Assembly (NCBI GenBank): GCA_965205015.1
Contig: OZ242029.1
Span: 1,216,001 to 1,280,000 of the forward strand
Direction of reading: 5' to 3'
Source: Candidatus Poribacteria bacterium
GTDB lineage: Bacteria; Poribacteria; WGA-4E; WGA-3G
Length of the DNA stretch: 64,000 nucleotides
In this document: positions 55,644-64,000 of the stretch, piece after piece
How positions within the stretch are numbered: position 1 is the first letter of the stretch
Layout: each line of letters begins with the position of its first letter
Position numbers and translations under genes: made by a program
Notes under the pieces: generated by a model
Told to the model about the DNA's origin: nothing
Databases searched by the model: none
The model's input: the letters and a program-made list of their open reading frames with translations, nothing else

Positions 55644-56222
55644 GGACTCGATAGGATGACCTTCAAGTGCCAACAACTGACGTTTGCGTTCCAGACCGCC
55701 ACCGTAGCCACCTAACGCGCCATTACTCCTAACGACACGATGACACGGGTTGATAATAACCGCAGTGTTTGCCCCAACCGCGCCGCCGACAGCTCGAACT
55801 GCTTTCGGTTTTCCTACCTGTTCTGCAACCCATTTATAACTACGTACCTCTCCATAAGGAATCTGACGAATCGTCTCCCACACCCGGTTCTGAAAATCCG
55901 TCCCCCAGTTCACTCGGATCGGAACCGTGGAAAACTCCAGCGGCTGCCCAGCGAAATATTGGTCGAGCAGGTCCTGTGCATAAGTGAGTACAGGATATTG
56001 GCTTTGGATAGGTGATGGTTCACGGAACGGAAAATCATCGGTAAAGAAAACATGCGAAAGTCCCTCCGCATCCGCCGCAACTATGCCCATGCCCCCGAGC
56101 GGAGACTCGTAAGCAATCGTCCGAGAGGCAAAGTAATTTCGCGCATCTTCGTAAGCTTGCGCATCAAAAGGTATCTCCTTAGAGATTTCCTCACGAAACA
56201 GTTTGAATGGATTTATTTTCAT
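55635..56222 (-). CDS. ogt: Methylated-DNA--protein-cysteine S-methyltransferase
   Basis: GTDFQ..VW, IPYG, RAVG, PCHRV, GGYGGG motifs. Confidence 0.93.
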   Translation of the reverse strand: MKINPFKLFREEISKEIPFDAQAYEDARNYFASRTIAYESPLGGMGIVAADAEGLSHVFFTDDFPFREPSPIQSQYPVLTYAQDLLDQYFAGQPLEFSTVPIRVNWGTDFQNRVWETIRQIPYGEVRSYKWVAEQVGKPKAVRAVGGAVGANTAVIINPCHRVVRSNGALGGYGGGLERKRQLLALEGHPIESLR

Positions 56223-56229
56223 TTTTTAT

Positions 56230-56258
56230 TTGACTTCCAATTCCTTATACAGTATGCT
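56230..56258 (+). promoter_or_regulatory. Sigma70-type promoter immediately before the SCP2 gene
   Basis: TTGACT-17 bp-TATGCT, ending 12 nt before ATG 56271. Confidence 0.6.
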
Positions 56259-56270
56259 ATATCGCAAACT

Positions 56271-56669
56271 ATGGCTATATTTGAAACACCCGATCAACTC
56301 TATAGTTACATTAGTGAACTGTTTGAAGAAATCGCTATGCTACCGGAAGCGAAAGAGGCACTGAAGTCGGTGACGCTGAATGTTCAATTTAACTACAGCG
56401 CGCCCGATTGCCAGATGACCCTAACGGTAGCAAATGGTGAATATACGATTGCCCGCGGTACTTGTGACGATACCTCTCCAGATGTCGAACTCACTATGAC
56501 AGGTGACGTTGCCCACAAATTTTGGACAGGCGAACTCAACGTTATGGGAGCGATAACAACACGCGAGATCGGCATCATCGGTTCTCTTGGTAAGATGATG
56601 CGGCTCGCGCCGCTCATCAAGACAGTAGTCCGTTACAACCGCGAGCGAGAAATAGGTTTGAATTCCTAA
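56271..56669 (+). CDS. SCP2 sterol/lipid-binding domain protein
   Basis: PDVELTM..HKFWTGELN..A...I.I.G pattern; the track start at 56052 overlaps ogt and was rejected. Confidence 0.8.
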   Translation: MAIFETPDQLYSYISELFEEIAMLPEAKEALKSVTLNVQFNYSAPDCQMTLTVANGEYTIARGTCDDTSPDVELTMTGDVAHKFWTGELNVMGAITTREIGIIGSLGKMMRLAPLIKTVVRYNREREIGLNS

Positions 56670-56686
56670 GATTTAAGGAGGCGTCA

Positions 56687-57478
56687 ATGGAAACCGACAA
56701 TCTATTAGAAACGATCAAACCTCACGTTATACAACTACGGGAAGAGGGCTGGTGCGTCTTAGACAACGTTGTTCCCGCCGATGTGGTTGATGCGGTTCGT
56801 GAAGAGGTCGAAACCTCTGAAGCGGACTATAACGAGTTTAGAAAAGAGCACGGTGTATGGGGACGCAACGTCATCAGTTTCATGCCGAAATTCGCCGCAC
56901 ACCTTGCGAACGAGCGGCTCCTTACCACGATCCAGCAGTTACTCGGACCCCAAGTGCGTATTTCACAGACTGAGTATAAGATCCGACCTCCACATTACGA
57001 ATTGGTGCGTGCATACCACTCCGACTTTCCATACGATTTGAACCAGAAGTGGCATATCCCGCAGCCGTTTCCGACTGCTGTTATCGGTATCACGACCCTC
57101 TGGATGCTGTCCGAGTTCACAACAGAAAATGGAGGGACCTGGATTGTTCCCAAAACGCATGTGGACCTTCGAAATCCCAGAGGCAAAGCAGACAACATTG
57201 GTGACCGGAATCCGATTGATGGAGAAATGCAAGCCGTTGGCAGCGCCGGCAGTGTCCTCATCATGGACAGCCGGATTTGGCACTCCAACGCGGAAAACCC
57301 GAGTGCTGGCAAACGGACTGCGGTCGTCGTCAGATACGCGCCGTGGTGGTTGAATTTAGAACTTTTTGGTGCGAACACCGCCACGATTCCGGGCGAAACG
57401 TTCGATAAGTTACCGGATGATGTCAAATTGCTCTATGAGCATCGCGCAGAAAACCGGGAACCGACTGTCTGGATCTAA
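56687..57478 (+). CDS. Phytanoyl-CoA dioxygenase (PhyH) family protein
   Basis: YHSD, FTTENGGT..VP.TH, AGSV..DSRIWH motifs. Confidence 0.88.
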   Translation: METDNLLETIKPHVIQLREEGWCVLDNVVPADVVDAVREEVETSEADYNEFRKEHGVWGRNVISFMPKFAAHLANERLLTTIQQLLGPQVRISQTEYKIRPPHYELVRAYHSDFPYDLNQKWHIPQPFPTAVIGITTLWMLSEFTTENGGTWIVPKTHVDLRNPRGKADNIGDRNPIDGEMQAVGSAGSVLIMDSRIWHSNAENPSAGKRTAVVVRYAPWWLNLELFGANTATIPGETFDKLPDDVKLLYEHRAENREPTVWI

Positions 57479-57524
57479 AGTAGTAGGCATACGCCGTATG
57501 CCGTAATAAAAAAGGAGATATCCC

Positions 57525-57953
57525 ATGTCAACAACACTTGTACACATCGGTGTCCGTACAACCGATTTGGAAAAAAGCATCCGTTTCTGGCGCGATGCGC
57601 TCGGATTGCGGGTCTTCTCAACGATGAATGGATGTTATGACCTTACGGACGGTTATCACAACTTCCGCGTGTTTCAGCACCGAGGTCCCGATCGCCCGAA
57701 ACATGTCGGCGGGATGTTAGATTACCTCCACATCGGTGTTCGTGTTCCCAACCTACGAGAAGCAGCACAACGGTGTGAGGACCTCGGTTTCACAATCACC
57801 TGGGAAGGATTAGGGGGTGACAAACCTTACGACCCAAATTCGGATGCGTTGCCTTCAGAAGCCTTCAAGATAGAAGACCCGGACGGCATCGTCGTTGATA
57901 TTACCGAGCAAGACGACCAGTGGCCCGGTGTGGACATCGATAGCAAGAATTGA
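57525..57953 (+). CDS. VOC/glyoxalase family protein
   Basis: HIGVRTTDLEKSIRFWRDALG, HIGV, DPDG motifs. Confidence 0.88.
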   Translation: MSTTLVHIGVRTTDLEKSIRFWRDALGLRVFSTMNGCYDLTDGYHNFRVFQHRGPDRPKHVGGMLDYLHIGVRVPNLREAAQRCEDLGFTITWEGLGGDKPYDPNSDALPSEAFKIEDPDGIVVDITEQDDQWPGVDIDSKN

Positions 57954-57980
57954 AGACGACAATTCACGGCAACATCGATA

Positions 57981-58001
57981 GACGCGGTTTTACGCCGCGT
58001 C
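57981..58001. terminator. Hairpin between convergent genes, possible terminator
   Basis: gacgcgg-ttttacg-ccgcgtc. Confidence 0.45.
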
Positions 58002-58012
58002 CTTTCACATAA

Positions 58013-58708
58013 TTACTCGTCACCGCCACCCAACAGTCCCAATCGGAACAGGTAATAGAGCAGTGTCAGGAGGCTCGTCACTGCCGCCGCGAGATACGTC
58101 AAAAATGCGGCATTGAGCACCTTACTGGCGTGTTGATTCTCTTCTTGCGTGAGCATCCCTGCTTCCGCCATTGCGACTTTGGCGCGTTTGCTTGCATCCC
58201 ACTCAACGGGAAGCGTTATCAACGAAAAAACGACACTTACTGCGAAAAGTCCAACACCGAACAGCAGAAAGGGTTGAATAAAGAAACCGACCATTATCAG
58301 GATATAAGAGAACATCGAACTAAAGTTCGTCGCCGGAACGAGGGCAGTCCGTAGGTTCAGCATTGCATAGCCGTGTGCATCCTGCATCGCATGTCCGGCT
58401 TCATGGCAGGCAACCCCTATTGCGGAAAGCGATTGACTTGAATAGACGTCATCGGATAACCTGAGTGCCTTCTCGCCCGGATCATAATGGTCGCTTAACC
58501 ATCCACTTGAGCGTTCGATCCGTACGCCGCTCACACCGTGCCTTTTCAACATCAGATCGGCGGCTTGCGCGCCCGTCATTCCGCTACGCGACCCGACCTG
58601 TGAATATTTTGAGAACGTCGATTTTGTGCGAAACGTCGCGTAGAGGGACAGAGCAAGTCCCGGTGCGAGAAACACGAAATAGAGCGGATCAAAGAAACCC
58701 AAAAACAT
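58013..58708 (-). CDS. Membrane neutral zinc metallopeptidase (YugP / Zn_peptidase_2 family)
   Basis: LSDHYDP, HEAGHAMQ, TLPVEWDAS.RA, VL.AA.LTY motifs. Confidence 0.92.
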   Translation of the reverse strand: MFLGFFDPLYFVFLAPGLALSLYATFRTKSTFSKYSQVGSRSGMTGAQAADLMLKRHGVSGVRIERSSGWLSDHYDPGEKALRLSDDVYSSQSLSAIGVACHEAGHAMQDAHGYAMLNLRTALVPATNFSSMFSYILIMVGFFIQPFLLFGVGLFAVSVVFSLITLPVEWDASKRAKVAMAEAGMLTQEENQHASKVLNAAFLTYLAAAVTSLLTLLYYLFRLGLLGGGDE

Positions 58709-58947
58709 GATAGACACCTCCAAATTTTTAATTTTTAATTATACCTTGCGGAGAAATGACGTGCGTTTAGATTCTTACGGGCATCCCTTAAATCCGCACT
58801 CCATTCCATTACGTGCTAACGTTTTTGAAACCTTTTTAGACTAAAAACCTATCGTATCTTATGACTGTCGTTAAATGTGTGTCAGGTTAAGAAATTATAC
58901 AGGATATTTTGACGAAATTCAAATCATTTTTAGGCGAGGAACAATAG

Positions 58948-59796
58948 ATGCTTAGAATAATTGATACCCACCAACACCTCTGGGATACCTCTAATTTGGA
59001 ATATCCTTGGTTAGAGGGGTTCGACCTATTGGGAAAGCGATACACGGCAGAAGATTACCGCGAGGCGATTGGGGACCTTAATGTCGTCAGATCGGTGCAC
59101 GTTGAAGGCGACCCCGCTGAAACGGATGTTGTCAAGGAGGTCGAGTGGCTCACACATATATCCGAGACAGATGGGATGATAGGTGCGATAGCGGCAGCGG
59201 CACCGCTTGAAAAACCGAATGCCGAGGCGATTCTTGAGCAACTCACAGGATTCGGGCTTGTCGTCGGCGTGCGTCGGATGGCGTGGCATCATCCCGATCC
59301 GCAGTTTTACGCCACACCTGAACTGATTAACGGCGTGAAACTGCTGACGAAATTCGATCTCTCTTTCGAACTCTGTGCGAATCATGCGCAGCTGCCGGCG
59401 GCAATCGAACTCGTCAAGGCGACACCGGATGTTCGGCATGCCCTTAACCACTGCGGGGGACCCGACATAAAGGGCGGGCAATTCGAGCCGTGGGCAACGC
59501 ATATCAACGCACTCGCCGCCTTCGAGAACGTTCACTGCAAGGTATCGGGGATTGTGACGACTGCAAGTGAGAATTGGACGCGTGAGGAACTGAAACCGTA
59601 TATCCAGCATCTGATAGAGGCTTTCGGCTATGAACGGCTGATGTTTGGGAGTGATTGGCCCGTGTGTACCTTGGCGGCGACATATCAGGAATGGGTCGCG
59701 GCACTTTTAGGGACCGTTGCGGATGCGTCCGATGCCGAAAAGAATAGACTCTTTTATGAAAACGCTGCGGAATTTTATTCTATTTCGTTTGAATAA
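58948..59796 (+). CDS. Amidohydrolase_2 family protein (L-fucono-lactonase-like)
   Basis: IDTHQHLW, LNHCG.P, CKVSG, FGSDWPV motifs. Confidence 0.88.
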   Translation: MLRIIDTHQHLWDTSNLEYPWLEGFDLLGKRYTAEDYREAIGDLNVVRSVHVEGDPAETDVVKEVEWLTHISETDGMIGAIAAAAPLEKPNAEAILEQLTGFGLVVGVRRMAWHHPDPQFYATPELINGVKLLTKFDLSFELCANHAQLPAAIELVKATPDVRHALNHCGGPDIKGGQFEPWATHINALAAFENVHCKVSGIVTTASENWTREELKPYIQHLIEAFGYERLMFGSDWPVCTLAATYQEWVAALLGTVADASDAEKNRLFYENAAEFYSISFE

Positions 59797-59932
59797 TTGT
59801 TTTATCAAAATCTTCAGCGTCAAAACTCCATGCATTCCTTCAATGGGAAAGGGCGAGGTTAGAAACCTCGCCAGCACGGAAGAACCCCAGTAACGGAAAT
59901 TGACCGTTGACAACTGACTGCTGCCAGCCATG

Positions 59933-61879
59933 TCATTGGAGCATAATCAGTACCGGTTCGACTTCGAGGGTCTCTTGAATGCGTTGCTTCAACTCCATTG
60001 ATTCAGCCCGCGTGCCGAATTCACCGATCGTTACGCGGTGCACTGTTTTGCCATCAACAGTAGCGACACGGAGAGCGACTGTCTGATCTGGATTCTGCAA
60101 CTGTAATCTTTCTCCCATGGCTTCAGCGTAGGAGCGTTCCACAAATGAACCTACCATGAGTGTCAACTTGCTGGATACCGACGCGCTTTTTTGCTGATCC
60201 CTTATTCCAAACTGTAACGTCGCCTGTTCCGTGCTCCGATTGCCAGCAATGTCTTGAACGTGTAACTTGCCAGTGTAAACAGCATTCGGATCCACTTGGA
60301 CTTTGCTCAAAACGACCTCGGCAGGCGGCGAACCGTTTCCCTCTGCCTGCTCAATCAGCGCGTTTTTCGTGTCGAACAGCTCAAATTTCCACTGCGCAAG
60401 CGGATTGATGTCCCACACCTTCACACCAACAGTTGTGGGTGTTTTCGCGAAAAGTTCCAACGTCGTTGGAATGAGGTCTACGGTCACCTTCTCAGTATCT
60501 ACGAAGTGTCGTGTGCCTTGCGCGTCAAGAATGTGGAGTTGAACCTCGTAATTTCCATCAGGCACCAAGTTGCCGGTATCAGCGATACCATCCCAGACGA
60601 TACCTTCCGCTGGCACCCCCGTCCCAGACTTTCCCCAAATACTTTCGGTATATTCATCGAGGATGTTCAACTGCCACTGGAGGGGGGCGGTGCCGTTTTC
60701 TCCGAGGTGTAAACGAAATGTGGTGTTATCTGAAACACCATCACCATTCGGCGAAATTGCAGGTTCGGAGGGATTCAACTTTCCATCAATGGTTTCAGGA
60801 TCTATTTCGAGCGTTGTCGGCATTAAGATCGTGGGCATCTCATCGGCATCAGAGGCCTCGCTGGAGGTTGCCACCGATACGGGTGCTGTATCGTTCCCGC
60901 CCCAGCGTAACGTCGCCGAGATCCAATGCACACCTTGCTCCAATTCAGTGCCACTCACATAGGCATAATCGAGTTGTCCCGAGGAATTTCGGAAACTCAG
61001 TCCCCGTGCCAATTCACCACTCCAGAACCTTTCAGAAGCGGTCAAGGCGGTATAACCGAAGCGCAGCCCGATGTGCCCATCTATGAACCAATGCTCTGCC
61101 CCGAAGTGCAACCGGAGGCGCTCCCCCCAGTTCACGTCATTCTTACCCCGGACGGCGAGATCCGCTGAAAAGAGTGTATTCCCGGCTACCTCATAAGTCG
61201 TTCCGAAGCGTGCGGCTAAGGGTGCACTCTCAAGAAGTACGCCGTTCTCACGAATGCCACTGCTTAATTCGGAGAAGTTGACACCTAACTTTACCGAATC
61301 CCCCCATTTTTGCAACGGATAGGCGAACTGCATCCCTAAGTCCACACTCCACAGAAAATTGGTTCTGATGGGTGTGTTGTTCTGATAGTAGCGTAGGTTC
61401 GCACCTGCCGAGGCACGCTGTCCAAGCGCAAATCCGTATCCGAGAAGGACGATCTGTGTAGACTCCGTCGTGTTATTTTTCCACCCATCAAGCCATGTGG
61501 CAAAGGAAACATTCCCTAAATTCCTGCTCGTCACACCGAAGGTCTGTGGATTCGCGGCGACTGAAAACGCCTGATCGCGGCTTGAGAAATTTCCTGGAAA
61601 CGGCATCCCCCCCATGTTGACTTCCACACCATCCATAAATCCTAATGAAGACGGGTTCCATAGAAAACCGTTGGTCGCGGAAGGACCTGCGGTGAACGCA
61701 CTGCCCATCCCGACGGCGCGGGCACTTGCCCCCACAAAAATATCCCGTTGGCTTATGCTCGAAGTCCCGGCAGAAACGGATACGGCTGCCAACATCATCC
61801 CGACGATACTGATGTGTTGGACGATTCGCAGTAGGCATTGCCTACTCCCTCGAAAAAAATTGAACTGCATCGGATACAC
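59933..61879 (-). CDS. PorV/UPF0164-like outer-membrane beta-barrel + FlgD-like Ig domain + C-terminal SPOR domain
   Basis: GASARAVGMGSAF..WNPSSL; DYAY..H.IS barrel end; ISPNGDG, WDG..G.LVPDG.Y; VGSF..HRV.IG.F SPOR pattern. Confidence 0.7.
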   Translation of the reverse strand: MYPMQFNFFRGSRQCLLRIVQHISIVGMMLAAVSVSAGTSSISQRDIFVGASARAVGMGSAFTAGPSATNGFLWNPSSLGFMDGVEVNMGGMPFPGNFSSRDQAFSVAANPQTFGVTSRNLGNVSFATWLDGWKNNTTESTQIVLLGYGFALGQRASAGANLRYYQNNTPIRTNFLWSVDLGMQFAYPLQKWGDSVKLGVNFSELSSGIRENGVLLESAPLAARFGTTYEVAGNTLFSADLAVRGKNDVNWGERLRLHFGAEHWFIDGHIGLRFGYTALTASERFWSGELARGLSFRNSSGQLDYAYVSGTELEQGVHWISATLRWGGNDTAPVSVATSSEASDADEMPTILMPTTLEIDPETIDGKLNPSEPAISPNGDGVSDNTTFRLHLGENGTAPLQWQLNILDEYTESIWGKSGTGVPAEGIVWDGIADTGNLVPDGNYEVQLHILDAQGTRHFVDTEKVTVDLIPTTLELFAKTPTTVGVKVWDINPLAQWKFELFDTKNALIEQAEGNGSPPAEVVLSKVQVDPNAVYTGKLHVQDIAGNRSTEQATLQFGIRDQQKSASVSSKLTLMVGSFVERSYAEAMGERLQLQNPDQTVALRVATVDGKTVHRVTIGEFGTRAESMELKQRIQETLEVEPVLIMLQ

Positions 61880-62159
61880 CCCATTGCTGTTTTGAAGTTA
61901 GTGATATATTCATCTACAACGTTTAACGCTGAATCTATGAAAATGGGTACAGATAGGATGGTTTGGTTTTCTGTAGATAGGGAGATCCGACGAATGTAAA
62001 GAAAAAGCGTTTGCAGGCACCCACAAGGGACGCCCCTACGAGATGTAAACTGGGTAGATATTAGATAGCATTAATTAGACCTTCCCGAATGATCCCTCAT
62101 GTCGGTTAGCGTCCTTGGGACTGGTGCAGACTCACAGTCTACGCGACAAATAGGTCTAT

Positions 62160-63956
62160 TTATTTTTCGGTTCCACCAGAGTTCGTTGGTTGCGTGGCAT
62201 ATTTGAGAATCCCATCTGCGTCTGTGAACCGCAAATAGAGTCCCCACGACCAACCGAGATCGACTTTTTGGCACAGCACCGTGTTCCATCCTGCTTTCAG
62301 CTGGCACGGAACCGCATCCGCATCCGCCGTTGCGCCAGCGTCAATACTTTTCCGATGAATTTCAGTCCCGTTTAACCAAACGGCGATTTGGTCATCGCTT
62401 CCAATTAACATCACAGCATCGGTTGCTTTGGGCGCGTGGACGTACACCAACATGTATCCGACAGTCATTGGGGCAGGACTGAAGTCTTTGCGTAAATCAA
62501 GATAACCGTCCGCTCTTGCATTCGCCGCCTGCCAGCGGACAGGTTTTCCATCAATGCCTGTATAAGTTTTCTCCACGTCCAATCGACTGATAGACTGTAG
62601 CAGTTGGTCAATCGTAGCAACATCCGTTTTGGGAAACGGACCTAAAACCGCGTAGCGTTTCACATAAGGCGAGGCGTGTAACACTTGATAGGAATCGACA
62701 CCAATTTTATAGCCTGTGGCTTCGGCAGCCTTTCCAACAACACTGAACATAATCTGATTTTCACCGGCATTCAAGGGGGCAGTCCCGAATGAAACCAACG
62801 TCCCAGCTACCGGCTCAGCAGAATAGCAATCGTAAGGGACACCGACCGTTGTGCCGTCTACAGACAATTGGATGTGCGCATATTCGCGTCCACGCATTAA
62901 AATGGAACGAATTTCATAAACATCTCTATAGGGAACCTCAATTGGAATGGTCAGGGATCCCGTTTTCTCTACAGTTTCCGATGTGAGGGTAACATGGCTG
63001 CCCCCAATATCAATGCCTTCCGCTCGGTAACTTGCTACCTGGACTGTCGCGTTATGTGTTGTTGTCTTAGGTAATAGGTCGATTGCCGACTGGGTGCCCT
63101 TCGGTGGTAAGTTCCACTGCTTCTCATACCAAAATTGTGGGAGATAGAAGATGTCTCGCGCCTCGTTTGTTAAGACGAGATCGTAACCATCAAAACAGAC
63201 GGCTTCCCCATAAAAATTGTGAGGCAAGGTCCACGATGTCCCCTGAATCATTTGTGCTAAATTACCCGTTGTGCCGTGATATACCCAGAGCGCGTCGTAA
63301 GTACAGACAGCAAGACGCGTTCCGTCTTCAGACACTCCAGCACCCGTCACGAACTTCGCTCCCCTGAATTCGCCAACCTTTTCTAATACCTGCTTCGTAT
63401 CTGGCTTCAGCGTCGGAAATCGGTAAAGCACGGCGCGTTCTCGCTCTTTAGAGACGATATAGGGGATACCTTCAACAATAAAGAGTCCTTCAGCATCTAC
63501 ATTTTCATTGGGGTATCGATACGGGTAACTTGCGATAACCTCCGCCTCCGTTTCAACGAACGGGTCTGGCTCTGCGATGACAACGACCTTTAGATCGAAT
63601 CGCAACCTGCTGTTATTCCCGATCTCACCGATCCAGAGTTGATTTTTGTCATCAATCCCGAGTGCTTCCCAATCGAAGTTCCGGGAACCGTTGATTTCGA
63701 TCTTTTGGATTAATTCGCCGTTGTGTTTCGTGGCGTAGAGTGCCGCGGGGTTGCCTGAGTCGTTGAGGGTCCAATAAACGCCTTCAAACTGTCGACTTGC
63801 GACGATGCCGGAACTCTCTTGGATATCGGGATGTGTGTAGTGTCCTGTGGGTTGCCACGGGGGTGTGTCAATTGCGTCTTGGGGGGCTGCCGCTACAGCG
63901 GTGCAAAATCCGAGGGTTATCGCGAAAATCAGTAGAAGGGACGGTAATTTCATCAA
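62160..63956 (-). CDS. Secreted protein: N-terminal beta-propeller-like domain plus C-terminal carbohydrate-binding/PA14-like beta domains
   Basis: Signal peptide; ESSG, NDSG, DWEA, IGNN, DAEG motifs; GSDD..VWLNG..LKAGWN. Confidence 0.6.
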   Translation of the reverse strand: MMKLPSLLLIFAITLGFCTAVAAAPQDAIDTPPWQPTGHYTHPDIQESSGIVASRQFEGVYWTLNDSGNPAALYATKHNGELIQKIEINGSRNFDWEALGIDDKNQLWIGEIGNNSRLRFDLKVVVIAEPDPFVETEAEVIASYPYRYPNENVDAEGLFIVEGIPYIVSKERERAVLYRFPTLKPDTKQVLEKVGEFRGAKFVTGAGVSEDGTRLAVCTYDALWVYHGTTGNLAQMIQGTSWTLPHNFYGEAVCFDGYDLVLTNEARDIFYLPQFWYEKQWNLPPKGTQSAIDLLPKTTTHNATVQVASYRAEGIDIGGSHVTLTSETVEKTGSLTIPIEVPYRDVYEIRSILMRGREYAHIQLSVDGTTVGVPYDCYSAEPVAGTLVSFGTAPLNAGENQIMFSVVGKAAEATGYKIGVDSYQVLHASPYVKRYAVLGPFPKTDVATIDQLLQSISRLDVEKTYTGIDGKPVRWQAANARADGYLDLRKDFSPAPMTVGYMLVYVHAPKATDAVMLIGSDDQIAVWLNGTEIHRKSIDAGATADADAVPCQLKAGWNTVLCQKVDLGWSWGLYLRFTDADGILKYATQPTNSGGTEK

Positions 63957-64000
63957 AATGTTCTCCTTTGATATACATTTTATAGTTTTTGTGGTGAGAA

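Noticed and set aside
60676-60704. Possible degenerate REP inside the PorV-like gene (ENGTAPLQ)
   Set aside because: Similarity to the repeat families is too weak to support by eye

Overview
Bacterial genomic window. It is most consistent with Candidatus Poribacteria (inference from repeated C-terminal 'GKLATxWGxxK' and 'YPNPFNPETWIPY...RKLLIRK' tails, LamG/LTD/WD40/BNR proteins, sulfatases, PhyH dioxygenases and Planctomycete-type DUF1501/DUF1549 genes). It holds about 45 genes and no rRNA, tRNA or CRISPR that I can see. Main result: two ORFs that the ORF track ends at TGA continue in frame into a conserved domain, and each TGA is followed by a SECIS-like hairpin, so both are probable selenoproteins. 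(1) 24956..26623 is a bacterial homologue of animal Selenoprotein N (motif DESC-U-GSG). (2) 14065..15663 is a cytochrome c-WD40 protein with a C-terminal HMA domain (GMT-U-GAC). Both lie in a dispersed Planctomycete-type PSCyt1-WD40 / DUF1549-DUF1553 / DUF1501 / PPC gene module. Also notable: a duplicated cohesin-dockerin locus (30631..37885), an archaeal-type pantoate kinase, a PorV-like barrel fused to SPOR, an AAA_21+DUF4276 pair, an orphan DNA methyltransferase, and several families of short palindromic repeats that nest inside each other and sit in frame inside genes. All homology calls come from motif recognition and no database searches were run.
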